DNA of 64,000 nucleotides. Source: Octopus vulgaris (lineage: Eukaryota). The DNA lies in NCBI GenBank assembly GCA_951406725.2, contig OX597832.1, forward strand, positions 31,558,001 to 31,622,000, given 5' to 3'. The position numbers and the translations under genes are program-made. Shown here in pieces: positions 13,801 through 27,489 of the stretch; positions within the stretch are counted from its first letter, which is position 1, and each line of letters begins with the position of its first letter. The notes under the pieces are model-generated. The model was given only the letters and a program-made list of their open reading frames with translations. It was not told where the DNA came from and did no database searches.

Positions 13801-14024
13801 TATTTCTTTATTGTCCACAAGGGGCTAAAACAGAGAAGACAAAGGGATTATGTAGATTACATCGACTCCAATGCGTAGCTGGTGCTTAATTTATCGACCC
13901 CCGAAAGGATGAAAGGCAAAGTCGACCTCGGCGGAATTTGAACTCAGAACGTAACGGCAGACGAAATAATGCTAAGCATTTCGCCCGGCGTTCTATTGTT
14001 TCTGCCAGCTCACCGCCTTTAAAT
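13801..14024 (-). mobile_element. SINE family A
   Basis: Reverse complement of the 4124 element; 13-bp TSD ATTATTTATTTCT (13788-13800 and 14025-14037). Confidence 0.9.
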
Positions 14025-14737
14025 ATTATTTATTTCTATCAGTTGATCCCTCGTAGCTTTGGTCAGCAATGCTGAAAGAAGGTACGACAGTACACCGCTT
14101 TATGTTGTTGAAGCTGTGTTTGTTGAATAACATGGCGGTCATACTTTGTGCCGATAAACCCTGGTATATAAGGCTATTTATATGGAGAACATGTCATGAT
14201 ATTGCATGGCACTGATAAAAGGGAGTGTATGGTATGCGCGTTAGTCTGTTTAGCAAAGGGTCTGGGTTTTGTCCGATGAAATATAAGAATTAGGGAATTT
14301 TTAAACATGCTTAAATTTGCATTTAGCGTATAAAAAACTCTATTGTAAAACTTGATTAACACACATTTCCCCCAATTTTAAGGGCCGCGATATAGTTCCC
14401 TGTAAAAGGACTCGTCTTAGAGTTGTATACCATATTTTTAAATAAGTCGGTGCCACAGCTAAAGCGAAGAAAACGCTTCCATCTTATTCTTTATTGCATG
14501 TCTCCAGTTATCTTAAGGGGGATGTGGTGTAGTGTTGTCTGTAAGGATTTGGAATGTTTTACTTGGAATATGCCCATCGTAAAAACAGAATCGCAGAGGA
14601 TTGGATAAATGTCTCATGTAACTGTTCCATCATTTTGCTTTCTGAATCAAACACCTGCGATATCAACTTCACCTTCCATCAGCCCGGAATCGATAGACGG
14701 AATACCAGTTATATACTGGAGCAGATTCTGGCACCCA

Positions 14738-14783
<46 letters not shown>

Positions 14784-14785
14784 AG

Positions 14786-14859
<74 letters not shown>

Positions 14860-14948
14860 AGCTTTCTTTCTTTCTTTCTTTCTTTCATCTTTTCTTTCTT
14901 TTTTTCTTTCATCTTTTCTTTCTTTTTTCTTTCTTTTTTTCTTTCTTT

Positions 14949-14996
<48 letters not shown>

Positions 14997-15258
14997 TCAT
15001 TCTCTCTTCTTCTTTCCTTTCTTTCTTTTATCCTTCCTTCCTTTTTCTTCCCCCTTCCTTCCTTCCTTCCTTCCTTCCTTCCTTTCTTCCTTTCTTCCTT
15101 CCTTCTTTCATTCTTTCATTCTTTCTTTCTTTCTTTCTTTCTTTCTTTCCTCTCCCTCCTTCTCCTCTCTTTCTTCTTTCTTTCTTTCTGTTTTCTTTCA
15201 TCCTTCTTTCCTACTTTCCTTCCTTCATTCCTTCTTTCTTTCTTTCCTTCTTTCTTTC
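14738..15258. repeat. (CTTT)n/(CCTT)n polypyrimidine tract, ~520 bp
   Basis: Read directly from the sequence; explains the F/L/S-rich and K/E/R-rich ORFs. Confidence 0.97.
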
Positions 15259-16552
15259 GGTGCATTAAGCGGTGCCTGGGGGAACCACTTAACTCGGAGT
15301 ATAGGCACAGCTTCATACGAGTGTGTAGACATACATGTGAGTTTGTAGACCGATAAACGGAAGGCTGCAAGTATATATTTGCACAGAGGCACGCATGCAC
15401 ATACATATACGTCAGTGGATGTATATATATATATGTACTTGTGCGCGTAAGCCATGTACTCTTACGTATACAAGCCTATGTTCAGTTGAAGATGGGTCGA
15501 TATGGCATCGAGATTCTTTGGTGTTATTTTGGTTGAGGCCCTCTTAGCTACTGCGTCAGGTCACAGGTCATGTCATCACTAACATTTCTTTAAATTAATT
15601 TCATAGCACTTAATTAATTATAACATTGTTTGAACTTCACTATTTTAGTACGGACTTGGGTCGATTTAACAAGATTCAAACAGTTTACATTAGATTATAT
15701 CCCGAAGACACGGAACTTTGGCTTTAAAGCATTGGGATTAATTATACAATAACCATTTTAATACAATTTGCTAAGGTTGGACAACAGAGGTTCAAACCTG
15801 GTGCCACTTCTCGCATATTCCCCTCGTCTGCTTTCAACGTCTAGCGCAGTATCTTAACTTATTTATACTATCTTGCCTTCAGGGTATATTATACGTATAC
15901 ATGCATACATACACACATACATGCATGCATACATACATACACATACATATATACATACATAAAACACACGTACATACATTTATATATATATATATTTATG
16001 TATATATATATATATATATATATAAATGTATATATGTATATATGTACATATAAATACACGTACATACATTTATATATATATACACAGACACAAGCACAAA
16101 CACATACATATATGTGTGTATGTATGTATGTATGTATGTATGTATGTATGTATGTATGTATGTATGTATGTATGCTCGTGTTATATACGCGCGCGCATCT
16201 GCGTGTGTGTGTAAATTTGTAATATATGCAAGTGTATACGTGTGTATACATAGTGTGTTTATTTATGTGATCAGTTCCATGAAACACTAAACAAATGTAA
16301 GAAAGTCTATTATACTTCATAAGGTAATTCCATTCATGCCCCACACCCCTCACACAGATGAACGTCGTCGAGGGAGGAATAAGAGTTGTGTTATTTCAGA
16401 CGTTCAATAACGTGGATAAATGCTTCCATTTTGTCTTTATACTCGGGTGATCTGTGCCACTGAATACAACAAATATACACGCGCGCACACCTCCCTCTAG
16501 GGGTGGATAGAGAAGTATATATGTGTGTGTATGTGTGTGTTTGTGTGTATGT

Positions 16553-16587
<35 letters not shown>

Positions 16588-16795
16588 ACAGGAATATATA
16601 CACACATATATATGTATATATATATATATATGAATATATACGTGCGTGTGAGTGTGTTTGTGTGTGTGTATGTGCATATATTTTTACACAACACATATAT
16701 ATATACACACATAACACACACATATATATATAAATATATATACATATATATGTATATATATGAATATACATGAATATATATGTGTGTGTGTGAGT

Positions 16796-16827
<32 letters not shown>

Positions 16828-17876
16828 TTTAGCAACAACTCTACGCAACCGTTACAAAATTGCATCAAAGGATATCTACATATGGCCGCCCCCTCTGCCA
16901 GAAGCAACTCAAAAACTATAAACAACAACAACAGCAACAGCAACAACAGAGACGCTAGAAGGAAGAAAATAAACAACGAAGATAAAAAGCAGAATTCGGA
17001 AGAAATAACAGCAAAACAGAAGAAGCCATGATGAAATCTACCGACAGAAATGTTGGTGAAGTTAAGAATTAAAGAGGAGATTCTTTCCCATTAAATGCTT
17101 TAAAACCAGATCTTTAACAACAGCAACAATAACAACAACAACGACAACAGCAACAGTAGCAGTAACAATAAAGCTGCGTGACGTCCATTGGTTGATTTCA
17201 ACTGGGTTGTTTACAAATCGATGTTTGTCGTAACGCTGTGTCTGTCTTTTGTGTCGGCCATTTGTTACAATGTTTCGTGTTTCTGTGAAGACATTCTATT
17301 CACGGTTTTTGCTTCTGACCTTTTGTTGGCCGAAATATCCAATAAAATCTATTTGTTCCTAATCACTATTGTTTTTCTTTTGCTTTTCTTTTCGTTTTCT
17401 TTTGGATTTATTTCATTTTTGTTTTCGTGTTTTTTTTTATTCGATTTTAGTTTTGGCTTTTTACACCATAGCGTAAACTAATTTACGCACGAACAAACAC
17501 GCTCACGCACGTACTCAGTATGTATGTATGTATGTATGTATGTATGTATGTATGTATGTATGTATGTATGTATGTATGTATACATATATATATTAACATG
17601 TCTATATGTATGTATACATTTAAATAGATTTATACAGTGATAAATTTCCCGATAGAAAGGCACTCACATATATGCATAAGCATGCATATATGTGTGTGTG
17701 CGTGCATATACTTGTATATGTGTGTGCATATATATACACAGATGTACGTATGTATATATACATATATAGCTTTGTGTGTGTATTACGTAATTACATATAT
17801 ATAAAAAATGCATACATACGTAATTACATATATAAAGAAATGCATACACGCATACATATATACTCATATGTATGTG

Positions 17877-17908
<32 letters not shown>

Positions 17909-18129
17909 GGTGTATATATATATATATAAATATATATCTGTATATATATACACACGCAGTCGTGCACCCCCCACACTTGTGCGCACACGTACACGCATAC
18001 ACACATATAAATCCCCAATTTTTCTTATAAACCTCCCATTAAGATTATTTGCCCTACGAAATCTCATTTAGGATTCATTAGCAAATGCATTATTGACCGG
18101 ATTATCCTCCTAGTGGCAATTAAGGTTAA

Positions 18130-18595
18130 GCTTTCGCTTTGGAAGAGCCCTTGTTACGTCATCACCTGTTTTCAAACCCACACTATCACTTCGAATTCAA
18201 TATTTGTAATTCCTATGCCTTCATATCCCCCATTCTATTGAATAGGGACCTAATTTTCGCTATCAAAATTTTACCCTTTTCTTTGTCGGACATTAATTTA
18301 ACGGCAGGCAAAACCCCTCTTGTTCAACATTAAATACTGGTCCCGAAAATCCTCCAACAATTACTTTGATATCATCATTAGCTCCTCCCGACTCTGTCCA
18401 GTTTACCGACCTCGTGAATTTTTTCTCTCCTTGTCTGTGAACGTCTACTTTGGCCGCTCCGCTACTTGGAACTGACAGCAATTTTTTAGACCAGTTATAT
18501 TTTGTCTGCATCAAGTAGTATTTCCAGCTTGCGTTTCTCCTTAACCATTCCTCCTCTTTGACTCTTCCCCCGCTTCTTACGATCCCCTCTTTCAC
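18130..18595 (-). pseudogene. Heavily decayed APE-endonuclease-like fragment of a LINE (RTE-like)
   Basis: ORF 18293..18595 contains ..GEKKF..DDIKVIVGGFSGPV..EGF, similar to the EK..F..D..I(V)GDFN(G/A)HVG region of LINE APE domains, with catalytic residues lost. Confidence 0.35.
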
Positions 18596-18755
18596 TACCC
18601 AACTATTTTCGTTTTAAAGTTTTATATTTCTAAACATTTCTATGAAAACGCATTCTAAATAAATATAAATATGCGTACATTTAAATATGTACGTAAAGAC
18701 ATTCAACCATACATATACACACACATATATACATGTATGTATGTATGTGTATATG

Positions 18756-19468
18756 TCATTATTCAGTTTTATTTCAAGATTTCTTGACAATAGAGAAAGA
18801 GCCAGTTTCTAACTTAGATCCAAGGCTCCTTCACTGAAATTTCAACATCAACTGCGTATTTTTGTATGTATGTATGTATGTATGTATGTATGTATGCATG
18901 TATGTATGTATGTATGTATGTATGTATGTATGTATGTATGTATGCATGTATGTATGTATGTATGTATGTATGTATGTATGTATGTATGTATGCATGCATG
19001 TATGCATTTATGTATGTATGTATGTATGTATGTATGTATGTATGTATGTATGTAGATTTGTATGTTTTGTTTTATGCATGTATTCTCATGCCGCATATCT
19101 AGACATACACATGTATTCTTAAATGATAAACTTCTGGAAAGTTTTACAGATGTTTACAATTCCAGGGATGGATTGGATCTGTAGTCTTCGAATTAGCTTT
19201 CTCCTTTGTGGTTTTGAGAAGCTTAATTTCTCAAGATTGCTATTTAGGCTGTGTGTTACATATCCCAGTGCCCAAATAATTACAGGTAGAAACCCGAACT
19301 TGTAATCTGGGTAGAGTTTATGTAGGTTTCTCAATAGTTCAGCTTAAGCATTTTCTTTTTCGCTGATCTTCATTCAGTTTTGTGTTAACATCCGCTGAGC
19401 AGCTGACATCCGTAACTGTACAGTTTCTCTTCTCTATCCCAAATCGCTATATCAGGTCTATTATGTTT
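18756..19468 (-). mobile_element. 5'-truncated R4/Dong-like (RLE) non-LTR retrotransposon 3' end with internal (TACA)n
   Basis: Minus translation KHNRPDIAIWDREEKL..DVSCSADVN..EKEN..ELLRNLHKLYPDYKFGFLPVIIWALGYV..CKTFQKFII* (PD-(D/E)xK endonuclease, frameshifted; stop at 19119). Putative 3' UTR runs to ~18756; (TACA)n at both junctions. Confidence 0.8.
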
Positions 19469-20626
19469 ATGTATGTATGTATGTGGGTGTGGGTGTGTCG
19501 CGTGAGCATATATGTACATGCATTCACATATTCACATATCTTATTAAAAATGCTATTCGTGACTTTTTGTTTTGAACCTAAAATTTAGAAGATTTAATGA
19601 AGCGATCCTCTGCTCTACTCCGGAGATAATTCGGAGGGTCGAAGCGCAGGTAATCCCGTATTGTATCTGTTGTTAGAAATTATTCTAGTGAAAAAAAAAA
19701 TGCTTTGCTTGTGTGCGATCCGTTTGACACGTTACCAAGAAATACACAGATGAGAACAATATCTATTCTCTCAATCTTTTCACTGATGAAGAGAGACACC
19801 GGTGCATTTCCTGTTTTCGTCTCCAAGACGCAGACTAAATTTACTCGTTTTATTTGTCAAATTGTTGAAAAAAGGGTTCTCCATGGCCTTCATAGCCCTT
19901 TTCTCAACTGATTAGATTGACTGCCGGAAAGACACGACTAGGGAGGAAATTCCAACAGGACGAAGGGAAAGATCGGCGTTTGTGATAGAAAGACAGGGCA
20001 GACTGATTTATGACTGCGGAAGAAGAGCAAGAAGAGGAGGAGAGCCGAGTGGGAGCGACAGGGAACCAGCCAGCTCCTAGGAACAGAAGCCATTATAGTA
20101 ATGGCACAAAAGACAGAGTGGGGACATCACACGTTTGGAGGGTGATTATGTCAGTCACTGAAATGACCTTTCGCGGCAATAAAATGGTGTCTAAGATATC
20201 TGTGAATGTAGCGACAGCACCGTTGCAGAGTGAAAGAGTAACAACCCGTTGCGGACCTCGTCTTTGCTCTGTGCCGTAATATTCCATCGCGGGTTATATG
20301 GACTCTTCCAGAAATGCGATGTTTTAATTCCAAGAGAGAATATAATTATAATTATCGTCAGTTTTTTCTTTCCAAATTACTTTCGACAGGTATTTGTCTT
20401 TAAATAAGTTTATGGAAGTTTACAGACGTTAATAGCAGCATGCTCTTCCTTACGTAATCGAGCATATACATCGGGATTAGGTTTTGATCGTAAAAAAATA
20501 TATTTCTGTCAGTCGGTCTGTTTGACAGTCTGTCTGCCTGATTATGTATGTGTGTATGTATGTATGTATGTATGTATGTATGTATATATGTAAGTATGTA
20601 TGTATGTATGTATGTATGTATGTATG

Positions 20627-20662
<36 letters not shown>

Positions 20663-21130
20663 CATCCATCCATCTCTCTCTCTCTCTCTCTCTCTATCCA
20701 CCCATCCATCCATATGTCTATCTATTTATTCATTTATTGTTCTAATATTTGCCAGTTTATTTTTAGGATTTCTGATGCTGTTGGTTTTCAGAAATATTAT
20801 TTAGAAGGAGAAAAAGAGAGGAAGAGACAGACAGACACGCAGAGAGATAGAGAGACAGAGAGAAAAAGAGGGTGAGCTAGAACGAGTGAGATAGATAGAA
20901 AGAATGATAGATAAATAGATAGATAGTGAGAGAGAGAGAGAGAGTGAGAGCGGAAGGGGGAGAGACCGATATAAAGACAAAGAGAGGAGAAAGAATATAT
21001 TGTTTCTCTGTTTGAATTGTCTACAATTGAACGTCTCTAAATATTTACATGACTTCATTCCGCTCCTTTCACAATTAAATAAACTCAAAACAGCAATGAT
21101 ATCAACTGTGGTGATAACAATAACAATAAC

Positions 21131-21195
<65 letters not shown>

Positions 21196-21337
21196 GCGTA
21201 ATCCCTATTTTAATATTCTAAGGACATGAAATAATGAACTTTATGCCACTTTTCTATTCGTTCGGTTTTTCCTCACCCGCTATCGTATCTTTCATTTATT
21301 TTTTGCTTTCTTTAATTAAAATCTCTGTCTGTCTGTC

Positions 21338-21368
<31 letters not shown>

Positions 21369-21821
21369 CCTCTCTCCCCCTCTCTCTCTCTTTGGTTGTT
21401 CTAGTCTGTTGCGCTCTGCACAAGACATAGACGGAACTAACCTAAAATAAGAAGCCACGAGGCCAGAATTTCTTATACCAAACACTTAATTCTATGTCGT
21501 TTTCCTTACATTAACGAAATTAAGCAAAAGAAGATAAAAAGAGAAATAAAAAAAAGGAAAAGAAGGAAGAAGTAAAAAGAAATAAGAAAGAAGTCGTTTG
21601 AAGTGAATCGGTGAAGCAAAGAGAGAAAGTTTCTTAGAAACTAGATTCGTGGTCTCTGTATGAATCGTTCATTGTCGGACTCGGTTTTAATGTTTTGATG
21701 GAGTGGTTAATATACACATACATTACATACATACATACATACATATACATATAAATACATATCCATCATAATACATGTATATATATATATGTATATATGT
21801 ATGTATATATATGTGTGTGTG

Positions 21822-21854
<33 letters not shown>

Positions 21855-22017
21855 GCGTGCATATAATTATGCATATATGAATGTGTGTATATATAAAATT
21901 ACACACAAACGCGTTTGTATTTATATGCACACACATATATGCACTTATATATACATGTATACGTACATAGATATATGCATACACACACACACATATATAA
22001 ATGAAAGACGGAAGATG

Positions 22018-22075
<58 letters not shown>

Positions 22076-22764
22076 TGTGTTCCTTTTCAACCTTGTACAT
22101 ATATATATATATATATATATGTATGTATATGAATACATAAAGAAGAATACATATAAATTCACGCACACATGTATATAGATATGGCGTATATATATATTTA
22201 TATACACAATCATGTATAATTTTTTGCTTGTGTTTGTATATATGGATGCGAGTGTATAAATACACACGGATGTACACACCTTTACGTCTATAATTTTGAA
22301 GTTATTTTATATAAATATATGTGTTTAGCTATACGTGTGTATGTACATATGTATATATATGTGTGTGTGTGTGTTTATTTATATGTGTGTCCACGTGAGT
22401 GTGTGTGTGTGTGCATGTGTAAGTATAAGTTCATATTCAGACGGTCACGCCCACACACACACACAGATATAAAAATGACCACGAGAATTTATTTGATAAA
22501 AGATATTTCGACATTTGTTTTAAAATAATTTTTTCGATTGTAAACCAACCGACACACCAGCCAACCGGCAACCGACCAACTGACCGACAGACCGACCAGC
22601 CAGCAAACCACCCGATCTGCCGAATACACCCGCCGTCTAACCGTCTAACCGGCTGACTTAAGAATATTTTTGAGACAAGACTCAAAATACATTCGTATAT
22701 CGAACATACATCGGCCTCCCGCCTCACACAGACATATATAAGCATAGATGCATACATATCTGTA

Positions 22765-22938
<174 letters not shown>

Positions 22939-22965
22939 GTACATATATATACATATATATATATA

Positions 22966-22997
<32 letters not shown>

Positions 22998-23031
22998 GTA
23001 TATATATGTATATATATATATGTATATATAT

Positions 23032-23091
<60 letters not shown>

Positions 23092-23644
23092 ATACACATA
23101 CACACATTCGCACATACATATATAAATATATATATATAGTGTATAGATATACACAATTATATATACGAGTATTTACACATATATGCGTACATATATGTGT
23201 TTATTTGTATATGCATTTATATGTATATGTGTATATATCTATATATCTATATCCACATATATGTATATACACACTCACCTATATAAGCGTACATTATGTG
23301 CTACGTGTTCATACCTGCTCAATTGAATTTAATCATAGCCTTATTCTATCGGGATTTACAATTTGCAGACTTCTACTGAACACATACAGCACGTACTCAC
23401 CCACCCTCTTACACACACTGCCACACAGACATATAGACTTTACATCTATACACAGCTTTCATAATACACACATAGACGGCCAATACAATGAAAATATTAC
23501 TTGGCTTTAAGGAAATCAAGTATAAACTTACAGAGAAAAAAATAGTCGAGATATTTCCTCTACATCAATAGATATACAAACTCACATAGAATACTCGAGC
23601 CATATTACAGTTTCATCTATAGAAACACAAACTTATATATACTA

Positions 23645-23700
23645 ATTCTGACGCGAAGACATGTTTATCATCGTCGCAGGTCTTTGCTCAAAACGTCAAA
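23645..23700 (+). ncRNA. Degenerate hammerhead-like motif
   Basis: CTGAC-GCGAAGAC..GTCTTTGC-TC-AAAA-CG-TC: helix II is intact but both core boxes are mutated. Confidence 0.3.
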
Positions 23701-23971
23701 CAGTCTTGGCTAATTTTGTAAACTTTATTAAATAATTTTCGCCATAAACAGACCAGACTTTGATTTTTTTTTTTTTTATTCACTAACGCTCATTCTAGTT
23801 TATTAGTTTATCAATGTTAGTTAGCCTGTCCGAACACATCTGTTGCCTTATTAATGTATTTCTTCGTTGGAATGATATTTGCTTGTCATCTTGGTGAAGT
23901 TGAAAGACTCACAGTTGTAATGCGATGTAAAAACTTATAATGAAATTATGAAAGTTTTTCCTTTATGCCTG

Positions 23972-24068
<97 letters not shown>

Positions 24069-24732
24069 GTATATGCATACACACTTACATATACATATAT
24101 ACACATATACACGCACACACACACTGTATATGTATATATGTATATATGTATATACATATATGTATATGTGTGTGTGTGTGTTCTTGTTTTTGATGACCTT
24201 AAGAACATCTCTTGGCTACAGCATGTCTGTGTTCCTTGTACATCCTCAAAGCCAGTCTTGGCTATAAATTGATTAAGAAAACAAATTTTGAAATAATGGA
24301 GTCGTCTGATCTCTTTTGCCTCGCGCATGCCCATCAGAGCCACTGTTAGTTTCTTTATAATTCGAATGCTATTTTCTTAAAAATACCACTTATCCAAAAA
24401 TGATGGTTGCATTCCTCCATATCAAGTTACTATCCAACCTGTTTATAGCGGCTTAACATTTGACCTGAGGATGGTGGATTCTATGCTATGATGGAAACTG
24501 TGAATACATCCTTAAAATTCTACGGAAACAGCTGTCATGATTTTAAAACTCCATTTCTGTTCCTATATACACATATACATACACACATGCATGCATACAT
24601 ACATACATACATACATACATACATACATACATACATACATACATACATACATACATACATACATACATACATGCGTACATATATACAGATACACACACAC
24701 ACATATATACATACACATACATATTCTTATAT

Positions 24733-24919
24733 TCTTGTAGTCATTTCAGGCATGTGACTGCGGCTATGCTGGAGTACCACTTTTTTGTCGAAGAAATCAA
24801 CCCTAGGACTTTTAAAGCCTGGTGCTTATTCTATCGGTGTCTTTTGCTGAATAGCTAAGTTGTGGGAAGCTAAACACATCAACACAAGTTGGAGGGGTGG
24901 GGAAACACAGACAGACACA
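24733..24919 (-). mobile_element. Decayed SINE family B tail
   Basis: GACTGCGGCTATGCTGGAG..TTATTCTATCGGTGTCTTTTGCTGAA aligns with the reverse of the B tail. Confidence 0.75.
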
Positions 24920-24990
24920 AAAGAACATATACATAAATACATCAATTCATATATCCATATATCAATATGCATTTACATACATATATACAT

Positions 24991-25034
<44 letters not shown>

Positions 25035-25057
25035 GAATGTATGAATACATATATATA

Positions 25058-25470
25058 GGCGCAGGAGTGGCTGTGTGGTAAGTAGCTTGCTTACCAACCA
25101 CATGGTTCTGGGTTCAGTCCCACTACGTGGCACCTTGGGCAAGTGTCTTCTACTATAGCCTCGGGTTGACCAAAGCCTTGTGAGTGGATTTGGTAGACAG
25201 AAACTGAAAGCAGCCCATCGTACACACACACACAAACATATATATATATGTGTGTGTGTGTGTGTCTTTGTGTGTCTGTGTTTGTCCCCCCAACATCGCT
25301 TGACAACCGATGCTGGTGTGTTTACGTCCCCCTAACTTAGCGGTTCGGCAAAAGAAACCGATAGAATAACTACTAGACTTACAAAGGGGTCGATTTGCTC
25401 GACTAAAGGCGGTGCTCCAGCATGGCCGCAGTCAAATGACTGAAACAAGTAAGAGAGTATAAAAGAGTAA
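25058..25470 (+). mobile_element. Full-length SINE family B
   Basis: GGCGCAGGAGTGGCTGTGTGGTAAG (A box)..GGTTCAGTCCC (B box)..CACCTTGGGCAAGTG (CORE-like), internal (CA/TA/TG)n, tail ending GAAACAAGTAAGAGAG. Confidence 0.92.
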
Positions 25471-25555
25471 GCTACAGGGACGTAAACACACCAACATCGG
25501 TTGTCAAGCGGTGGTGGTGGGGGACAAACACAGACACAAATACACTCACAGATAG

Positions 25556-25621
<66 letters not shown>

Positions 25622-25977
25622 TCATATATATGTATGTATGTATGTATATTGAAGTAAAGGTTATAAACCTCATTAAAGGTTAATAAATCCCAGTGAAAAT
25701 ACTGTTTAGTTACCAATCCATAGAAAGTTCAACTATAAGGTCACCATATAAATGGCTGTATGTCTGAAATTAAACATTTTTTCCCTAACCAATAGATTTG
25801 TTGTTGTTTATCATAAAGGCTTGAAATAAATTTTCGTAAGGGATTAAAGGTTATATTATATATTCTGATAATTTCTATTTCCATCTTTTTCTAGACTTTC
25901 TATTTATTTATTTACATTAAATTTTATTTCATTATTATTATTATAAACATAAACAAGTTATTATTATTATTATTATT

Positions 25978-26569
25978 CAGTAGTTTTATTTTTATTTTTA
26001 TAGCGTGCTTTCACTTCACTACCGAGCACAGCTCTGTGTGCCTTGGGTATGTGCTGTGATTTGTTGTGATGCTCTGATGGTTATTGTATGGAAAGTGTTC
26101 TGCGTAGGATGTGTGCAGTGCCCAGTAGTGCAATTTTCTGTATGTTATATGTGTTTGTAAGTCCTGGTGTTTTTGTTATGTATTTGTCTGAATATTTTTT
26201 TATCATGCCTAATGCACCTACTATGATAGGAATTGTTTCTGTTTTCAGATTCCACATTCTAGTTACCTCTATTTCCAGGTCTTTGTATTTTGAGAGTTTC
26301 TCCATTTCTTTTAGAGACACGTTGTCATCTGCCGGTACTGATACATCAATTAGAAAGCATTTTTTTCTTCATGGTCTCTGACAACTATATCTGGTCTGTT
26401 GGCCTTAATTTCTCTATCTGTGTGTATCGGCATATCCCAGAGTATGGTTGCTTTCTCGTTTTCTGTGACCTTTTCTGGTGTGTGCCTATACCATCTTTTT
26501 TCTGTTGTTATTCCATAATGTTGGCATAGCTTCCAATGTATGTAAGTTCCAACTCTGTCATGTCTGTGA

Positions 26570-26570
<1 letters not shown>
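25978..26570 (-). mobile_element. 5'-truncated R4/Dong-clade non-LTR retrotransposon inserted in (TAA)n
   Basis: Minus translation HRHDRVGTYIHWKLCQHYG..ILWDMPIHTDREIKANRPDIVVRD..(1-nt frameshift)FLIDVSVPADDNVSLKEMEKLSKYKDLEIEVTRMW..IIVGALG..LGTAHILRRTLSIQ* (RHD motif plus PD-(D/E)xK RLE). Flanked by (TTA)n at 25958-25977 and 26571-26651. Confidence 0.92.
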
Positions 26571-26654
<84 letters not shown>

Positions 26655-26988
26655 TCAGAAATTATTCATCCCCTTCTGATAGGTTAATATATAATTGCCA
26701 GCGTTTGTTTCTGCTTCAATTAAATTTCATAAATTTAAACTTTTTGTATTGCCGTATTATAAATAAGTATGTTATTATATGACATAATTATATATTTATA
26801 TATACACGCGTTTTTCATCTTTTTCTTTTCCTTTTTCTCCTTCTCAATACCCTATGATTATATTATATTATATTAATCTCTTCTTTTCTTTCTTTAAGAA
26901 TCGAGGCCTTCTATAACCGGCTCTTTTCGTATATATGCTATCAGGTAACTGTTTATAACCTTTATCTGAGCATATATTTCTAATCGGT

Positions 26989-27087
26989 ATATCTTTACTA
27001 CGTCTGAAGAGATTCATCTTATAATGATTTTAATTTTATAAATTAATTAGCTAAAGATTACTGAATCGAAACAGCTGTCAGAGATGT
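26989..27087 (+). ncRNA. Minimal type-I hammerhead-like motif with extended helix II
   Basis: CTGAAGA (27004-10), helix II GATTCA/TGAATC (27011-16/27062-67), GAAA, palindromic CAGCTG, TC. Helix I ATATCTTT/AGAGATGT is offset by 7 nt from the core. AATAAA follows ~20 nt downstream. Confidence 0.6.
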
Positions 27088-27189
27088 TGTCATATTTTAT
27101 AATTAATAAATAATTTTATTAATTACCTCTTCATTTTCTCCTTATTCTTTTGTTTGTGTGTGGATTTGGTTGTATATATATATATATAC

Positions 27190-27325
27190 AACCAAATCCA
27201 CTCACAAGGTCATTCACACGGTCAGCCCGAGGCTAGAGTGGAAGACACTTGCCTAAGGTGCCACGCAGTGGGACTGAACCGGGAACCACGTGGTTGGGGA
27301 GCAAGCTTGCTACCACACAACCGCA
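27190..27325 (-). mobile_element. SINE family B head fragment
   Basis: ACCAAATCCACTCACAAGG..GAAGACACTTGCCTAAGGTGCCACGCAGTGGGACTGAACC. Confidence 0.85.
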
Positions 27326-27403
27326 TACGTACATACATTAATACATTTACACATACATACATGCATATATACATATATACACATATATATATACACACAT
27401 ATA

Positions 27404-27489
<86 letters not shown>

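Noticed and set aside
14554-15348. Longest ORF (264 aa), hydrophobic
   Set aside because: Mostly (CTTT)n; not a membrane protein.
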